Assembly (NCBI RefSeq): GCF_006345805.1
Contig: NC_043008.1
Span: 77,252,001-77,316,000, forward strand
Origin: Octopus sinensis
Lineage: Eukaryota
Length of the DNA: 64,000 nucleotides
Direction of reading: 5' to 3'
Each line of letters starts with the position of its first letter. Position 1 is the first letter of the stretch. The translations under genes and the position numbers were made by a program. Shown one piece after another: positions 39,776 through 52,863 of this stretch. The notes beneath the pieces were generated by a model. The model searched no databases. It was given only the letters and a program-made list of their open reading frames with translations, and was not told the origin of the DNA.

Positions 39776-39990
39776 AACAAACAAACAAACAAACAAACAA
39801 ACAAACAAACACACACAAACACATATACACACATATATATATACGACGGGCTTCTTTCAGTTTCCGTCTACCAAATCCATTCACAACGCTTTGGTCAGCC
39901 CAATACTATAGTAGAAGACACTTGCCTAACGTGTCACACAATGGGACTAAACCGAGAGTCATGTGGTTGGTAAGCAAGTTACTTACCACG
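39535..39990 (-). mobile_element. SINE family B split by the Gypsy element (remainder at 34757-34808)
   Basis: GTTACGGGGACGTAAAC, CTACCAAATCC and GAAGACACTTGCC. The tail continues on the far side of the LTR element (CGCCGCCCTTAGTCGAATAAATTGACC..ACTCTT). Confidence 0.85.
39545..39578 (+). pseudogene. U2: U2 snRNA 5' fragment (34 nt)
   Basis: GCTTCTCGGCCTTTTGGCTAAGATCAAAGTGTAG matches U2 from nt 4, including stem I and the invertebrate-type ATCAAAGTGTAG; it ends inside the branch-point-recognition sequence. Confidence 0.93.
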
Positions 39991-40132
39991 TTCTTTTTTT
40001 CTCTCTGTCGTTCTAATTGATTTTTCTCCTGTCCGCCTTTGTATCGTCTATCTATCCAAATGTTTATTGTCCTCTATTGCGTTTTTGTTCCATTTTTTAT
40101 ATTTATATATACATATAGTGATGTACGTACAT

Positions 40133-42027
40133 CATCATCATCATTGTTCGACCGTGGTCGAGACAATGGAATTTACTATGTTACGCCAGACTTCACGGTC
40201 CATCATAGCATTACGGAGGTCCTGTTGCTGGATGCCTGTATCCCTGGAGATTACATCAGGGTAGGAGAGTGTGCGCCCTCTGGTATTGCGAGTAGATGGC
40301 TTCCAGAGGAGAAGAGTAGAAATTACTTCTTTTTCAGCTCTACAACAATGTCCAGCAAACTGGACTCTCCTACCTTTCACAAGAGATGACACAGGTGGTA
40401 ATTTCCCATATATTTGCATTTTGGTTGGATGGCGCTTCCACGAGAGATTTTGAGCTCTCATAAGGAGGCGAGCGTAGGTTCCATCCAACCGCCTCTCAAG
40501 CTTCTTTGATAACGTCCAGGTTTCTGAGCCATATAGTAGAATTGGTTCGACTGTGGCTTTGAATATTTCAAGTTTGAAGTCTCTACTTAGATTTGATGAC
40601 CAGATCTTATGCATGTCATTACAGGCTGACCAGGCCATACCCTTTCTAGTTAGAAAGTCTTTTCCAGATGATGATATGTATGACCCAAGATATTTATAAT
40701 CAGAAACCATATTTAAAGGTGCACTGTTGAGAGTGTGGATGATGCAATCACTGTTGGACAGGCACTTGTTTATGTATTCAGTTTTGGCCTCATTGAGGTA
40801 AAGACCTACACAATTTGAGGCTTGTTCAAGAGATTGTAAAAGAGACTGGGCATTGGAGAGAGAATCACTGATAAGAGCGATGTCGTCAGCAAAGTCAGTG
40901 TCTGTCAAGTACTCAGCTGGGTGTCTGGAACTTCTTCTTGGTTTTATTTCAAAGCCCTTGCCAGAGATGGTATCAACTGACATACGTAGCACATAATCAA
41001 CAAAAATGATGAAAAGAAATGGGGCGAGTGTGTCTCCCTGCAGTATTCCGGCTTTGATTGAGAAATATGATGTTTCTCCATCAGGGGTTAAGATGGTTGA
41101 AGACGTATCTGTGTAGAGGACCTTGATGGCAGAAATAATTTTGTCTGGTATCCCATAGAGCTTAGGGATTTCAAACATCTTGTACCTATCTACAGAATCG
41201 AACGCTTTAGAAAAGTCTACAAATACCATTGCAAGATCGCGATTAAATGCTTTTGATTCTTCAATAAGTCTGCGCAGGCATAGTATCTGGCTCAGCGTTG
41301 AGCGCCCATGTCTAAATCCATTTTGGTTCTTTCGGAGCAAAGGTTCAACAAAAAGGACAAGACGATTTAGGATCAGTTTGTTGTACAGTTTTGCAGCAAT
41401 TGACATTAGAGATATGCCCCTGTAGTTGGTGACGAGGGGCAAATCGCCTTTTTTGGGTATTGGAATGATTTGAGATTGGTGCCAAATCTTTGGAGCGACA
41501 AAGGTGGAAAGTGTGTGGTTGCAGAGGTTGAGCAAAAGTGTGTGAAATCTATCATCCTTCCAAATTACAGCTGGGATGTTGTCGGGACCAAATGCTTTCG
41601 AGGCTTTTAGTTGCTTGGTGGCTGCTGTTAGTTCAAATATGGTAAAAGGGGAGGTGTTGATGTCCAGCGTGTCTGATATAGGCACACTTGGAAGAGTGGG
41701 GTTATCAGGGATTTTGGCATTCTTCCCAAGGAGGTTTTTAAAATGGGTTGACCAATTTTCTAAACGCTTCTTAGCTGATCCCCCTTTAATTCTAATCGAT
41801 AACTCAGAATTTTTGCCTGATGGATTTCCAGGCGAGATGGTGTTTTTTACTAATGTGCTCTTTCGATAGTTTACTAATTTTGCCATTGATAAATTCGACC
41901 TCGGTGTTCAAGTAAGCCTCATCAAGATTCTTCCTGGCAGCTATGAGTTGGATCTTCAGTGACTGGGATGGAGAACGGTGGTAAGCTAGTGATATAGACT
42001 TTAGATGGTTTCGGTACAAATTCTTTA
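40133..42027 (-). mobile_element. RTE-clade LINE, 5'-truncated, young
   Basis: ORF 40141-41886 (NYRGISL, FVDFSKAFDS, GILQGDTLAPFLF, DFADDIAL, YKYLGS); (TGA)n tail; perfect 13-bp TSD GATGTACGTACAT (40120-40132 and 42028-42040); one frameshift near 41820. Confidence 0.96.
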
Positions 42028-42267
42028 GATGTACGTACATACTTGTGCTCACCCTAAGTATGTAAATTTTGTACAACTCTTACGTCATCGTTTAGTCCCT
42101 CTCATACTTTCTTCCACTTTTCTTTTTCTCACTCCTCCTCTCTTTCTCACATTTCTTGGCCCTCTCTTTCTTTAACTCCCACTTTTCCACATCGTTCATC
42201 TCCCCTGTATCTATCCTTTTGTCTCTGATTTTTTCTTTCTAATCCTTCAATCCTGCTGCACCTACAC

Positions 42268-42664
42268 CTCTCCCCTCCTTCCTCGTCACCGGTGTCCGGC
42301 CAGCCATGATCCTTCTTTCTTGGCCTGACTGCTGACCGCCAATACATCTTATGTCCATCTCCTATGTTCCTGCGTTTAGGCTTTCACTTCATACACGCTA
42401 GCTCAGTTTGATTCGTTCTCAGTCGAAAGACACCTGTTGTTATATTCTTGTTGTTTGTATTTGCAATTGTGTACCATGTTTTCCGTTTTTTTGTCTTTGT
42501 TGCCGTACACATTCACTAGCTTTCTTACAAAGGAGTCTAATGCTCTTAACTTTGACTTTTTTGGGGATAACCAGATCGAACTGTCTCAAACTGCTGTTTC
42601 TCCTGTCCGCCTTTGTATCGCCTATCTGTCCAAATATTCTATTGTCCTCTGTTGCGTTTTTGTT

Positions 42665-42670
<6 letters not shown>
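42268..42670. repeat. Dispersed ~500-bp repeat, copy 2
   Basis: Aligns to 26980-27485 but lacks about 90 bp present in copy 1. Confidence 0.9.
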
Positions 42671-42726
<56 letters not shown>

Positions 42727-42744
42727 CATACACACACACACACA

Positions 42745-42775
<31 letters not shown>

Positions 42776-42786
42776 CAGAGACACAC

Positions 42787-42848
<62 letters not shown>

Positions 42849-43318
42849 CAAAATAAGCAACAAGGATATCCAAAGGTAATGCAATCCGATCGTTTCATGC
42901 GACTCTATTTAATTAAACAATACAAGTATTACATCAGTTTTAAAATACAGAGCAATCTTCAACTGCATATAAATATAGAATTTAGTTAAATTGAAAAGAT
43001 TCATTTTTATACTTATTCCATTTACCAACATCACAAAGAGGGTAAGTGGGTAGAGAGAGAAACACGTTTCATCAATAGAAACATGGTAGTAATTAATATT
43101 TTTTCATGGAGATACTGCTTATCATTGATTTTACTTTGCTATTTGGATTTACTATTGGGGGAGGGGGTTTAATACTATTCCATCAGGTCTAGTGGAGACA
43201 AAAACAAGAATCATTCTTTTATAGATAGAGGAAGAGACAGTTTAAACATAGACTTGCATTTGGGCAAGTCTATGTCTGTAGTATCAGACAATTGCAAGAA
43301 ATGTTTAAAAGAATTCAT

Positions 43319-43455
43319 AACTCTGCAAAAATCCGGTACAAATTCTTCGTTGCTTATTTTTTACTCAACCTTGTATATATATATATGTATCAGGTTGAGT
43401 AAAAAGTAAGCAACGTTTTGAACCACGAAGAATTTGTACCGAACTTTTGCAGAGT
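43319..43455. repeat. Palindrome of two mariner-like ends joined across (TA)n
   Basis: AACTCTGCAAAA..TTTTACTCAACCT (TA)n AGGTTGAGTAAAAA..TTTTGCAGAGTT. Confidence 0.85.
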
Positions 43456-43477
43456 TTTCAATATATATATGAAACGC

Positions 43478-43687
43478 TAGCTCCCCGGGCGAAATGCTTA
43501 GCGGTATTTCGTCTATCGTTACGTTCTGAGTTCAAATTCCACCGAGGTCGACTTTGCCTTTCAGCCTTTCGGAGTCGATAAATAAAGTACCAGTATCGCA
43601 CTGGGGTCGATGTAATCGACTTAATCCGTTTGTCTGTCCTTGTTTGGCCTCTCTATGTTTAGCGCCCCTTGTGGGCAGTAACGAAAT
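43478..43687 (+). mobile_element. SINE family A (5'-clipped)
   Basis: GCTTAGCGGTATTTCG..GAGTTCAAATTCCACCGAGGTCGAC; CpG-rich. Confidence 0.9.
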
Positions 43688-43696
43688 ATATATATA

Positions 43697-43868
43697 TGCG
43701 CAGGAGTAGTTGTGTGGTAAGAAGCTTCCTTCTCAACCACATGGTTCCGGGTTCAGACCCACTGCGCGGCACCTTGGGCAAGTGTCTTCTACTATAGCCT
43801 CAGGCCGGCCAAAATCTTGTGAGAGGATTTGGTAGGTGGAAACCGAAAGAAGTCCGTCGTTTATACAC

Positions 43869-43953
<85 letters not shown>

Positions 43954-44108
43954 CATGTATGTATTTGTGTGTGTGCTTATTCCACCCGCCTTCACTTGAC
44001 AAGTGACGTTGGAGTGCTTACGTCCCCGTAACTTAGCGACTACAAAGGATAAGTCCTGCGGTGTTTCAGCATGGTTGCAGTCAAATGACTGAAATAATTA
44101 AAAAGAAA
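43697..44108 (+). mobile_element. SINE family B, near full length
   Basis: GCGCAGGAGTAG..TGTGGTAAG, GGGTTCAG B box, CCTTGGGCAAGTGTCTT core, internal (CA)n, tail GCAGTCAAATGACTGAAA. Confidence 0.9.
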
Positions 44109-44112
44109 CTAG

Positions 44113-44521
44113 GTGCTCTTTTGGCGTGTGATCTACAAGGGAGATTACTTTAGGTTACTTTTTACATCATTTTGTAAAAATTTAGCTTTGTACTTTTCAA
44201 AATTCTAACTATTTTAGTAAGAAGAAAACCATATGATAATTAAAATAAGGGTGTAGATCACCCACCAAAATTAATTTGCTCACGTAGATTACACGGAAAG
44301 TAAATGAAAACGTAACCTAAAGTAATCTCTCTTTAAATTGAAGCTCACACATCAAAGTGGTACATTTCTTTTTCTTAGAGAAATTCAGTGCTGGTTTCTT
44401 GTAAAAATGCAACTTCCTTCGTCACATTGTAAAAAATCTTTAGCCAACATCTTACGAGTTTTTAGAAATTCAATAGTAACCTAAAGTAACCTCCCTTGTA
44501 GATCACACGCTAAAATAGCAC
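44113..44521. mobile_element. MITE with ~45-bp TIRs, unclassified
   Basis: GCGTGTGATCTACAAGGGAGATTACTTTAGGTTACT / AGTAACCTAAAGTAACCTCCCTTGTAGATCACACGC; a partial third TIR copy at about 44312. Confidence 0.85.
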
Positions 44522-45282
44522 ACACACACACACACATACACACGCACACACACACACACACGCACACACACACACACACACAAACACATACACACACACA
44601 CCACACACATATATATACATACATATATATCAAACTATTTAACAAAAAATGAAGAATTAGCGTACATATTCATTGATTATTAAAAGGAAAGGTCGACGAT
44701 GAGTTCGAAATTTCGACTTGCCATAATCAAACTGTCTGAAGTATGTATGTATGTATGTATGTATGTATGTATGCATGGATGCATGCATGCATCTGTGTAT
44801 GTATGTATGTATGTATGTATGTATGTATGCGTACATACATACATACATACCTTGATTCTATTTCATATCACTTACAAACAATTAACAACAAACATAAAAC
44901 TTATAACACGCTTACAAAGAGAAGATTATATGATTTTCCTTTATTAGTAGGGTCACCGAAATAGGGCGGCTTCGATCTCTAAGTCTCAACGTTTAAATCT
45001 CAATACAGTCAACTTCTGATTGATGTTCGATAAAATAGCTCAAACAGATAAAACTGCCGTTAATACAGTCATTTATACCTCGAAATCTATCAATCGTTGA
45101 TTTCTTACAGAAGCACAAGAACGAGCAGCGTGAGTGTACTTGATTCGAGCAAACAGTATATTACAGGTATGTTTTATCGTTTAAAAGTTAAACTTTAAAT
45201 GAAAGGTGAGCTTCACTTGAATTTCATTTCCAAACACTTTGGCGTTACTCGCACTTTATTTCTGTGTTTTGGCCTCGCTTTT

Positions 45283-45406
<124 letters not shown>

Positions 45407-45745
45407 CATCTCCAAGGAATGTAAACTATAATAGATAATTTTTTAAAAATCTAACTTTGTCAGAGTTATTTCCCTTTAAAGCTTCTTTATGCTAATTTAT
45501 GTTTATTTCCCTTTCATTTTTTTTTTTGTTATCTTCACACAATCGCTGTTTGAAATGGAGCTCAAACAACAATTTCTTGGTTCTTTCCTACAATTTTTTT
45601 TACTTCTTACTATTATTGTCGTGTTTGAAGTCTTTAAGAAAATATGGCTGCGCTGAGAAAATAAAGCCCCGAAAAGAATATAAGACATATTTGATAAAAA
45701 AAAAAAATGAGCTCTGTTGAGGAACAAGAGCACTATTTATGAAAT

Positions 45746-46135
45746 ACAAGCAGTATCGCCCGGCGTTGCTCAGGTTTGTAAGGGAAATAACTATACAGCA
45801 TTTTTAGATAGTTATAGCCAAAAAATAGCAAAAAAATGCATTAAAAATGGAAAAAATATGATGGTAAATTTTTTTAAAAATCGTTGACTCATCGTAGACA
45901 TTTTTAGAGAGTTACTTCCCTTTAAAAAAATATGCATGTAAATGGAAAAAATGGTAAATTATTTTTAAAATCGTAGACTCATTGTAGACGCGCGCTAATA
46001 CCCAGAAGGGCTCGATATGAATCACGACTATAAAACACCCGGTTTTGGTTAAACTGCACCGCAAAATGTGGGAGTAGTTAGGAATCTAAATCGAAGGGGA
46101 CAGACACTCACACAACTACAGTTTTATATATAAAG
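45746..46135 (+). mobile_element. Helentron/DINE-1-like non-autonomous element, tandem copy 1
   Basis: Head GCAGTATCGCCCGGCGTTGCTC; tail GGAGTAGTTAGGAATC..ACAGACACTCACACAAC..TTTTATATAT. Confidence 0.6.
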
Positions 46136-46645
46136 ACTAGCAGTATCGCCCGGCGTTGCTCGGGTTTGTAAGGGAAATGACTATATAAGCATTTTTAGAG
46201 AGTTACTTCCCTTATAAATTCGGGCTTTCTTAGCCATTTTTGTTTTGGTGTCTTCAAGCCATGAAGTCGTTGTTCTAAAAGAACGCTGGTTTCCTTCACA
46301 ACGCATTACGACGTTGATTTCTTTACACTCCCTTCCCCACAGCTTCACGAGGGAGGGAAGGGGGAGAAGCAAACAGGTGCAGCTGTGAGCGTGGACGCCA
46401 ACTCCGCCGCCATCGACACACGATGCATTTTATGCATTAAAAATGGAATAAAAAATGATGTTAAATTATTTTTTAAAATCGTAGACTCATCGTTGACGCG
46501 CGCTAATAGTCAGACGGGCTCGATATGAATCACGACTATAAGATACCCGAATTTGGTTAAACTGCACCGCAAAATGTAGGAGGAGTTAGGAATCTAAATC
46601 GAAGGGGACAGACACTCACACAACTAGAGTTTTATATATATAGAT
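46136..46645 (+). mobile_element. Helentron/DINE-1-like element, tandem copy 2
   Basis: ACTAGCAGTATCGCCCGGCGTTGCTCGGG head and the same tail; different central segment. Confidence 0.6.
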
Positions 46646-46779
46646 ATGCTTGCAGTATAAGAACCTGAATGATGACATTGAATCGTCAGTTTGCAACAAT
46701 TACATTCTATCGCATATATTGAGTAGTCTTTCGCTTTATTATTATTATTATTGTTATTGTTGTTGTGTTGTTGTTGTTG

Positions 46780-46815
<36 letters not shown>

Positions 46816-46854
46816 CGTCGTCGTCGTCGTTGTTGTTGTTGTTATTATTATTAT

Positions 46855-47615
46855 AGACATCGCATAGTGTACAATATGAGGTTGTTGATAGAAGATACTG
46901 TGTCTACTGGGGGTTTGTATTGTTTGTCAAGTCACAGCAAGGACCTCAGACAGACAGTACTTTATGCGATATGCGTGCAGTTTTAAGTAATGCCGACTTT
47001 TGCAATACCTCTAGATTGTAGGGTATCTCTAAGGTTTTCAGATGTTTTTTCAGATTGGGTGGTATTGAACCCAATACTCCGATGACAATAGGGATAACCT
47101 TTATGTTCGTCTCTCGTAGCTGTCACATTTTAGTGATCTCACTTCTCAGGTCTCCATATTTATCAACCTTTTCTTTTTCTTTCATGATGATATATTGATC
47201 TCCTGGCCCTACCACATCAATTGTGAGGCACTCTTGTTTGTTCCCCCTAAAAGTTACTATATCCGGCCTTCGGTGCTCTAACACTTTGTCTGTCTGGAAA
47301 TCAAAGTCCCAGAGGATTTTTGTCTTCCCCTTTTCGTCCATTACCTTTTCCAGTGTATGTTGGTACCAAGCACCCGTAACCTCATATCCATAATTCTGGC
47401 ATAGTATCCAGTGGAGAGGCTACTTTGTCGTGGCTTGTATACTTTCTGCGCAAGACTTTCACAAGTACTAACAATGTGAGTCATATTTTGGACCCTCTCC
47501 CACACATTCTGCAGAGGTCCGAATATATACCTCTTGTGTGGTATATATTCTTTTTCACTGAGTTGGTATTCAATGCCTAGTTCTGGGTTGTGATGATTAG
47601 GCTTTCAGTATTCTT
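46855..47615 (-). mobile_element. REL-LINE 3' fragment (third subfamily)
   Basis: KILWDFDFQTDKVLEHRRPDIV..IDVVGP..KEKVDKYGDL; (AAT)n on both sides. Confidence 0.88.
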
Positions 47616-47659
47616 TTATTGTTATTATTATTATTATTATTATTACAGTCATCTAAGGA

Positions 47660-48135
47660 AAATATATATACCCCGGTATGGCCGTAGTCTATCATGAACA
47701 TCGAATGAGAAGACTATGTTACCAACATTCATCTACTAAAGAGAGCGGGGCAAATTAGCATGAAGGCGACAGTCATAAGCACTGCCTCAGTTGGGTAGGC
47801 TCTGTGGATCGCATGGGGAAAATATGTATGATCCCTGCGACGCTACAAAAACCGATTGAAGAAACCTCCGAAGAGTCCTGGTATAGTTCAAACTTCCTGG
47901 GAAATGACAGTCAGCCAACGTACTGTTTGGGGTAATTTAACCGAGACAGGAATATACCGTTTTGAAGAAAACAGAAGAATAGATATTGGAGTGAAATAAC
48001 CACGTAAGGTAAGACAGAGACCCCAACCCCAGCCAGCACCTACAAACGAATGTGATTCTTGCAACAGGCTGTATAGAGGAAGAATCGAACTTATTAGCCA
48101 TCAGAAAGTCCATCATTCCCTACACTACAGATGAC
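47660..48135 (+). mobile_element. RTE/BovB-type LINE 3' fragment
   Basis: Shifted-frame LSWVGSVDRM, RRYKNRLK..SWE, and CDSCNRLYRGRIELISHQKVH. Confidence 0.7.
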
Positions 48136-48836
48136 ACCCCGCATACGAGCTGAAATGTGATAAATATTGGCTTAGACGACTGTAATAATCCAATGAAAAT
48201 AATTATACTTTTATTAGTCTTTAATACTTACCTTAAATTTTTTCGAGTGGCTATGATGAGTATATGTTTAAGTGGACGCATATATACTGCAGTGGGAATG
48301 ATGAGCAGTTTATGTGAGAGTCAAAATTGAGATCGTTCGAGAGCGAAACATTAGTACCAGCTTTTAAAGACTTAGAGAGATTGGCTTAACATTATGCTTA
48401 CTACTAGGGCAGCGAGAAATGATTAATGGCAAGGTCAAAACGATATTATGTATAAACTAGCAGCCACCAGGGAAATTTGACATTTATAAGGTTTTTATTT
48501 GTATTTTGATTCATGAATTTATTTCTTATCTTAATGGTGATTATGATAATTTGTTTGACGATGGATTAAGGTTAATATATAAATATATAAATAATGATAT
48601 CAGTAACACTAATGAATAATAGATAACAATGAATTTTTATAATAAATATGTCTTTTAATATTGTTTTAGTGTCTCCTCCTGCTCTGACCCTTCTTACATC
48701 AGCCTTCACTACTATTTATCACCTCTTCCTTACTGTTTCGCATCAGATAACATTTCGAATGGAGTTATTTCCCTTCGAAAGTGCAACGTAACATTCGAAT
48801 AGATGTCATGACAACAGAATACTTATCTATTTATAT

Positions 48837-49745
48837 ACTAGCTGACGTACCCGGTAATTCCCGTGAAAACGGGGCTTATCCTTTGGTTCCGCTCTGATAA
48901 TTGTTTCGCTAGTCCAATAACAACAATACAAAGTATGTAGCCCTTAAAACGGTTTTTGTGCATTTACAGAAAATACCAAACTGTCTTACTCAGGATCTTG
49001 CTTTTAGGAATTACCAATAAGTTATGAATACCTAAATTGTGAAGTCAGTTATCTAATAAAATGAAATTAGTTACCCGATAGTAAGAATTCAAATAAAGTA
49101 GCCCCGAAAAGGGCTTTAATGCGTTCCCAGAGTATATAGAACTTAGGAGGAAATACTAATAAGGTATGTATACTAAAATCGTGAAGCATGTTACGTAAAA
49201 TACAGGTTAAATACAGATGAGATAACAATTCAAAGTAAATAACTCTGAAAAGAGCTTTTTGTACGTTCCCATATAATATTACCCTCAGCGGCGCTAGTGT
49301 TGGTATATTCGTGAATAAGTCACTGACCGAAATAAGTGGATCTATTTATTGTTTAGGAAAATACTATTTACTTGTTTAAGGATTGTACTGGATAAAATGC
49401 GAAAATAACTCTAACTGTTCAAATACTAAGAAATAAGCATACTCAATTTGATTTATACCAAATGATTTAGGAAAATGAATTATTTCACTTGGCTGTTAAA
49501 ATATGGGCGAATGGGTTATTTCCCTTGGCTTTTAAAATAAAATCTATTAGATATATATATATAAGGATCCCTTCAAGGGGCCCTATTTTCGATTTCTTTT
49601 CAACAATCTAAGTATGCCATGAGGTTTCCAAACATGAGTTCTACTCACGTGTCAGGTTTCATCAAAATCAATAGAACGATGTAGGAGGAGTTAGCTAACA
49701 ACTCCACAAACATACCCACAGACAGAAATTCCCACATATGCAGTA
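48837..49745 (+). mobile_element. Helentron/DINE-1-like element with internal repeats
   Basis: ACTAGCTGACGTACCCGG head, GTAGGAGGAGTTAG..ACAGACAG tail, and three diverged AAGTA..CC..AAAA.GG.TTT repeats. Confidence 0.5.
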
Positions 49746-51126
49746 AATTTTCAGGAAAATCTGCTCATGGTAAGATTTGCTTCATGATAATAATGATTCT
49801 AAGGGAGACATAAGAGTAGATATTTTGGAAACAGTTGATTAAATCAACTTCACTATGTAAATGGTATTTTACTTTACAGAAGCCAGAAGGATGTAAAATA
49901 AATCAGAAAATGGTATAATTTGAATACAGAAATGTAAAATAATTATGGAAAATACAAAATATTATTTGAAGACTTCCAAAATTTCTTTTCTTCTAAGAAA
50001 CGTAGGCCAAATCCATTCTGCATTTTCTTTTACTGTAAGTTTCCAGAATTCAGCATAAACATGGTTGCAATATACTCATGTATATCTTATATTATATTCA
50101 GAAATGAAATTATCTAACACAATGAAATAATTTACTGAAAGCACAAAATATCATTACAATATATAGTGACTATTGCACTTTAGATAAATACAAACTCTGT
50201 TTTGGAATAATGTTTTAACATATACAACAATGAACACTTTTTTCTTTTTACTAAATTATGGATTTACTTTACAAGAACGAATAAATAAATGGAAAGAAAT
50301 CATGAAAATATTTTAATAATATTATTCTGAACCAAACTCAAAACAATTTCCTGAATTGAAGCAAGTTTTCTTTAGGAAACCTGACACAAAAGGCAGCTGA
50401 GGAAAGAGAAATGCTAGAAAAATATAATTGATGCAGGAAATAATTAAGTTCTGTATTGCAAAGAACACTTGTAAGATAGAAAATATTTAATTATCAGACT
50501 TGAGAGCTGTTGTGGAGGTACTATGGTTTGTTTTACTGGTAAAAATATAAATCTCTTGTCAACATTGGAGGAAAGAAAAATATAAAACTTACTTTCACAT
50601 GGTTTGAACTTAGAAAATTAAATTCCTCAAAATACAATGGTCTTGTGTTATCTCAGTTTCTTCAGATGCTTTTTGACTTTCTTCAGAAAGTAAGTGCACT
50701 CAGCTGATAGTAAATATAATCCACCCCCACCAACCAACCAACGTGATCCATTCTTCTGCTTCTTGAAATATTTAACAGACGAGATAATTTACTCTAGGGT
50801 AGAATTATGTTCTTCATAGTGAATTAGCTTAATTGAGGCTCCGAGTAACTTAGCTCTGATAGTCAGTGAATGAAATATTTGTAGAAGATTTCCACAAGCT
50901 AACATATGAATACATTATAGTGACATATTAAAGAAAAATCTTACAATGCTACTCTAAGAAACCTATTGAGTGCTGACATATTAGCAGTTACCTAGTAAAA
51001 AATAAATAATAAGTCAGGCCAGTGACATAGATATGATCAAACTGCTGACATTATAAAAATGGGTTTGATAAATCTACAAAGTCAAATATTTTCAGTTATT
51101 TATTGAGCACAAATTTCACTGAGGTT

Positions 51127-51161
<35 letters not shown>

Positions 51162-51880
51162 GTTATTTGATGAATGGCATCATATGAGTTAACTTTCTAA
51201 CAAAAAACTTGAGGTGGGTATCTATGGAAGTGTGAATGTATGTGGTGGGTGTAGGGTGTTGAACAAAGACAATGGTACATTATCTAAATACTAGACATTG
51301 ATACTTCTGGTAAGATTTGAACTCTGGATATCTGAATACTCTTGGTGACCCCTATTGAAATATTTACCAAAGAATATATTAGAAGTGATCTTTTTTATTC
51401 ACTGTATCAGTATACAATGCTATTATATATTTTATGTTCAACCAATATTTGACATTACAACTACACAAATTGATCATTGGCCATGGGGCTCTCAGTGCTA
51501 CTGCTTACGACATTCAAACTACAAATCCATTTACTGTAAATATCTGGCATAGCAAAGGATTAACAATGATATAGTTCACAAAAAGACAATCATCTGTGTT
51601 TTGAGATTAACTAAGCTTTTTGATATAATTAGTCTTTAGTATTTTTTTGTTATATTTTTTGGTAATTTTTCTACTGAAATTTAGCATAAAATTCTGATTT
51701 TAAGTTGGCAACACTGCTATGACAACAATTCATGCGGTAATTGTTGTTCTTGACAAAGCACACAAAATGCTACCTAAAAGACCAAAAGAGATTGAAATTG
51801 AGACTCACTAAGGAAGATTCTTGAGACTTGAAGACTTTTATACCTCAAGATAAAATTCCTACTAATTAGCATTTGCTAGT

Positions 51881-51921
<41 letters not shown>

Positions 51922-51934
51922 TATAATTATGATG

Positions 51935-52600
51935 TGAAAATTGATATATATCACACAAGTGCAACAAACCTCTGCAGAATGTGAAGGAAGAGGGTCAAAA
52001 ACGTGACTCACATTGTTAGTGCTTTTGAAAGTCTTGCACAAAAAGAGAACAAGTGCAGACACAAAAAGGTAGCACAAAACCTTCACTGGCTATTATGCCA
52101 GAAGTATGGATAGAGGTAACGGGTGCTTGGTACCAACATACACCAGAAAAGCTAATGGATGAAAAGGGGAAGGCAAAATCTTCCGGGACTTTGACTTCCA
52201 GACAGACAAGATGTTAGAGCACTGAAGGCCGGATATAGTAACCTTTGGGAGGGACGAACAAAAGTGCCTAATAATCGATGTGGCAGTGCCAGGAGATCAA
52301 CATATCATGAAAGAAAGAGAAAAGATTGATAAATATGGAGACCTGAGAATTGGGATTGTCAAGATGTGGCAGCTATGAGAGTCAAACATAAAGATTGTCC
52401 CAGTCTGAAGAAACATCTGGAAACTATAGAAATACCCTACAAGCTATATGTATTGCAAAAACTGGCATTACTTGGAACTGCATGCATATTGTGTAAAGTA
52501 CTGTCCTTGTTGTGACTTGACAGATAGTACAAACCCCCAGTAGACACAATATCTTCAATCAACAACATCATATTGGATACTGTGTGATGTCTTAAATAAT
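51935..52600 (+). mobile_element. REL-LINE 3' fragment (same subfamily as 46855-47615)
   Basis: Alignable at nucleotide level (GGTGCTTGGTACCAACATACAC, CCAGACAGACAAG, GTACAAACCCCCAGTAGACACA); (AAT)n tail. Confidence 0.88.
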
Positions 52601-52609
52601 AATAACAAT

Positions 52610-52822
52610 CCTTTCTACTAAAGACACAAGGCCTGAAATTTGGGGCAGGGGAACCAATCAATCGCATCGACCCCAATGTTTCACTGATACTTAATTTATC
52701 AACTTCAAAAAGATGAAAGGTAAAGTAGACCACGGTAGAATTTGAACTCAGAATGTAGTTGCAGGCAAAATACTGCTAAGCATTTCATCCAGTGTGCTAA
52801 TGATTCTGCCAGCTTGCTGCCC
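52610..52822 (-). mobile_element. SINE family A, CpG-eroded
   Basis: Full reverse-complement copy between (AAT)n tracts. Confidence 0.85.
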
Positions 52823-52863
52823 TAATAATAATAATGATAATAATAATAATAATAATAATAATA

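Noticed and set aside
50627-50790. Minus-strand frame WLVGGGGLYLLSAE resembling a glycosyltransferase motif
   Set aside because: The Gly run comes from a TTGG/G-tract, the frame is short and closed by stops, and there is no in-frame acceptor.
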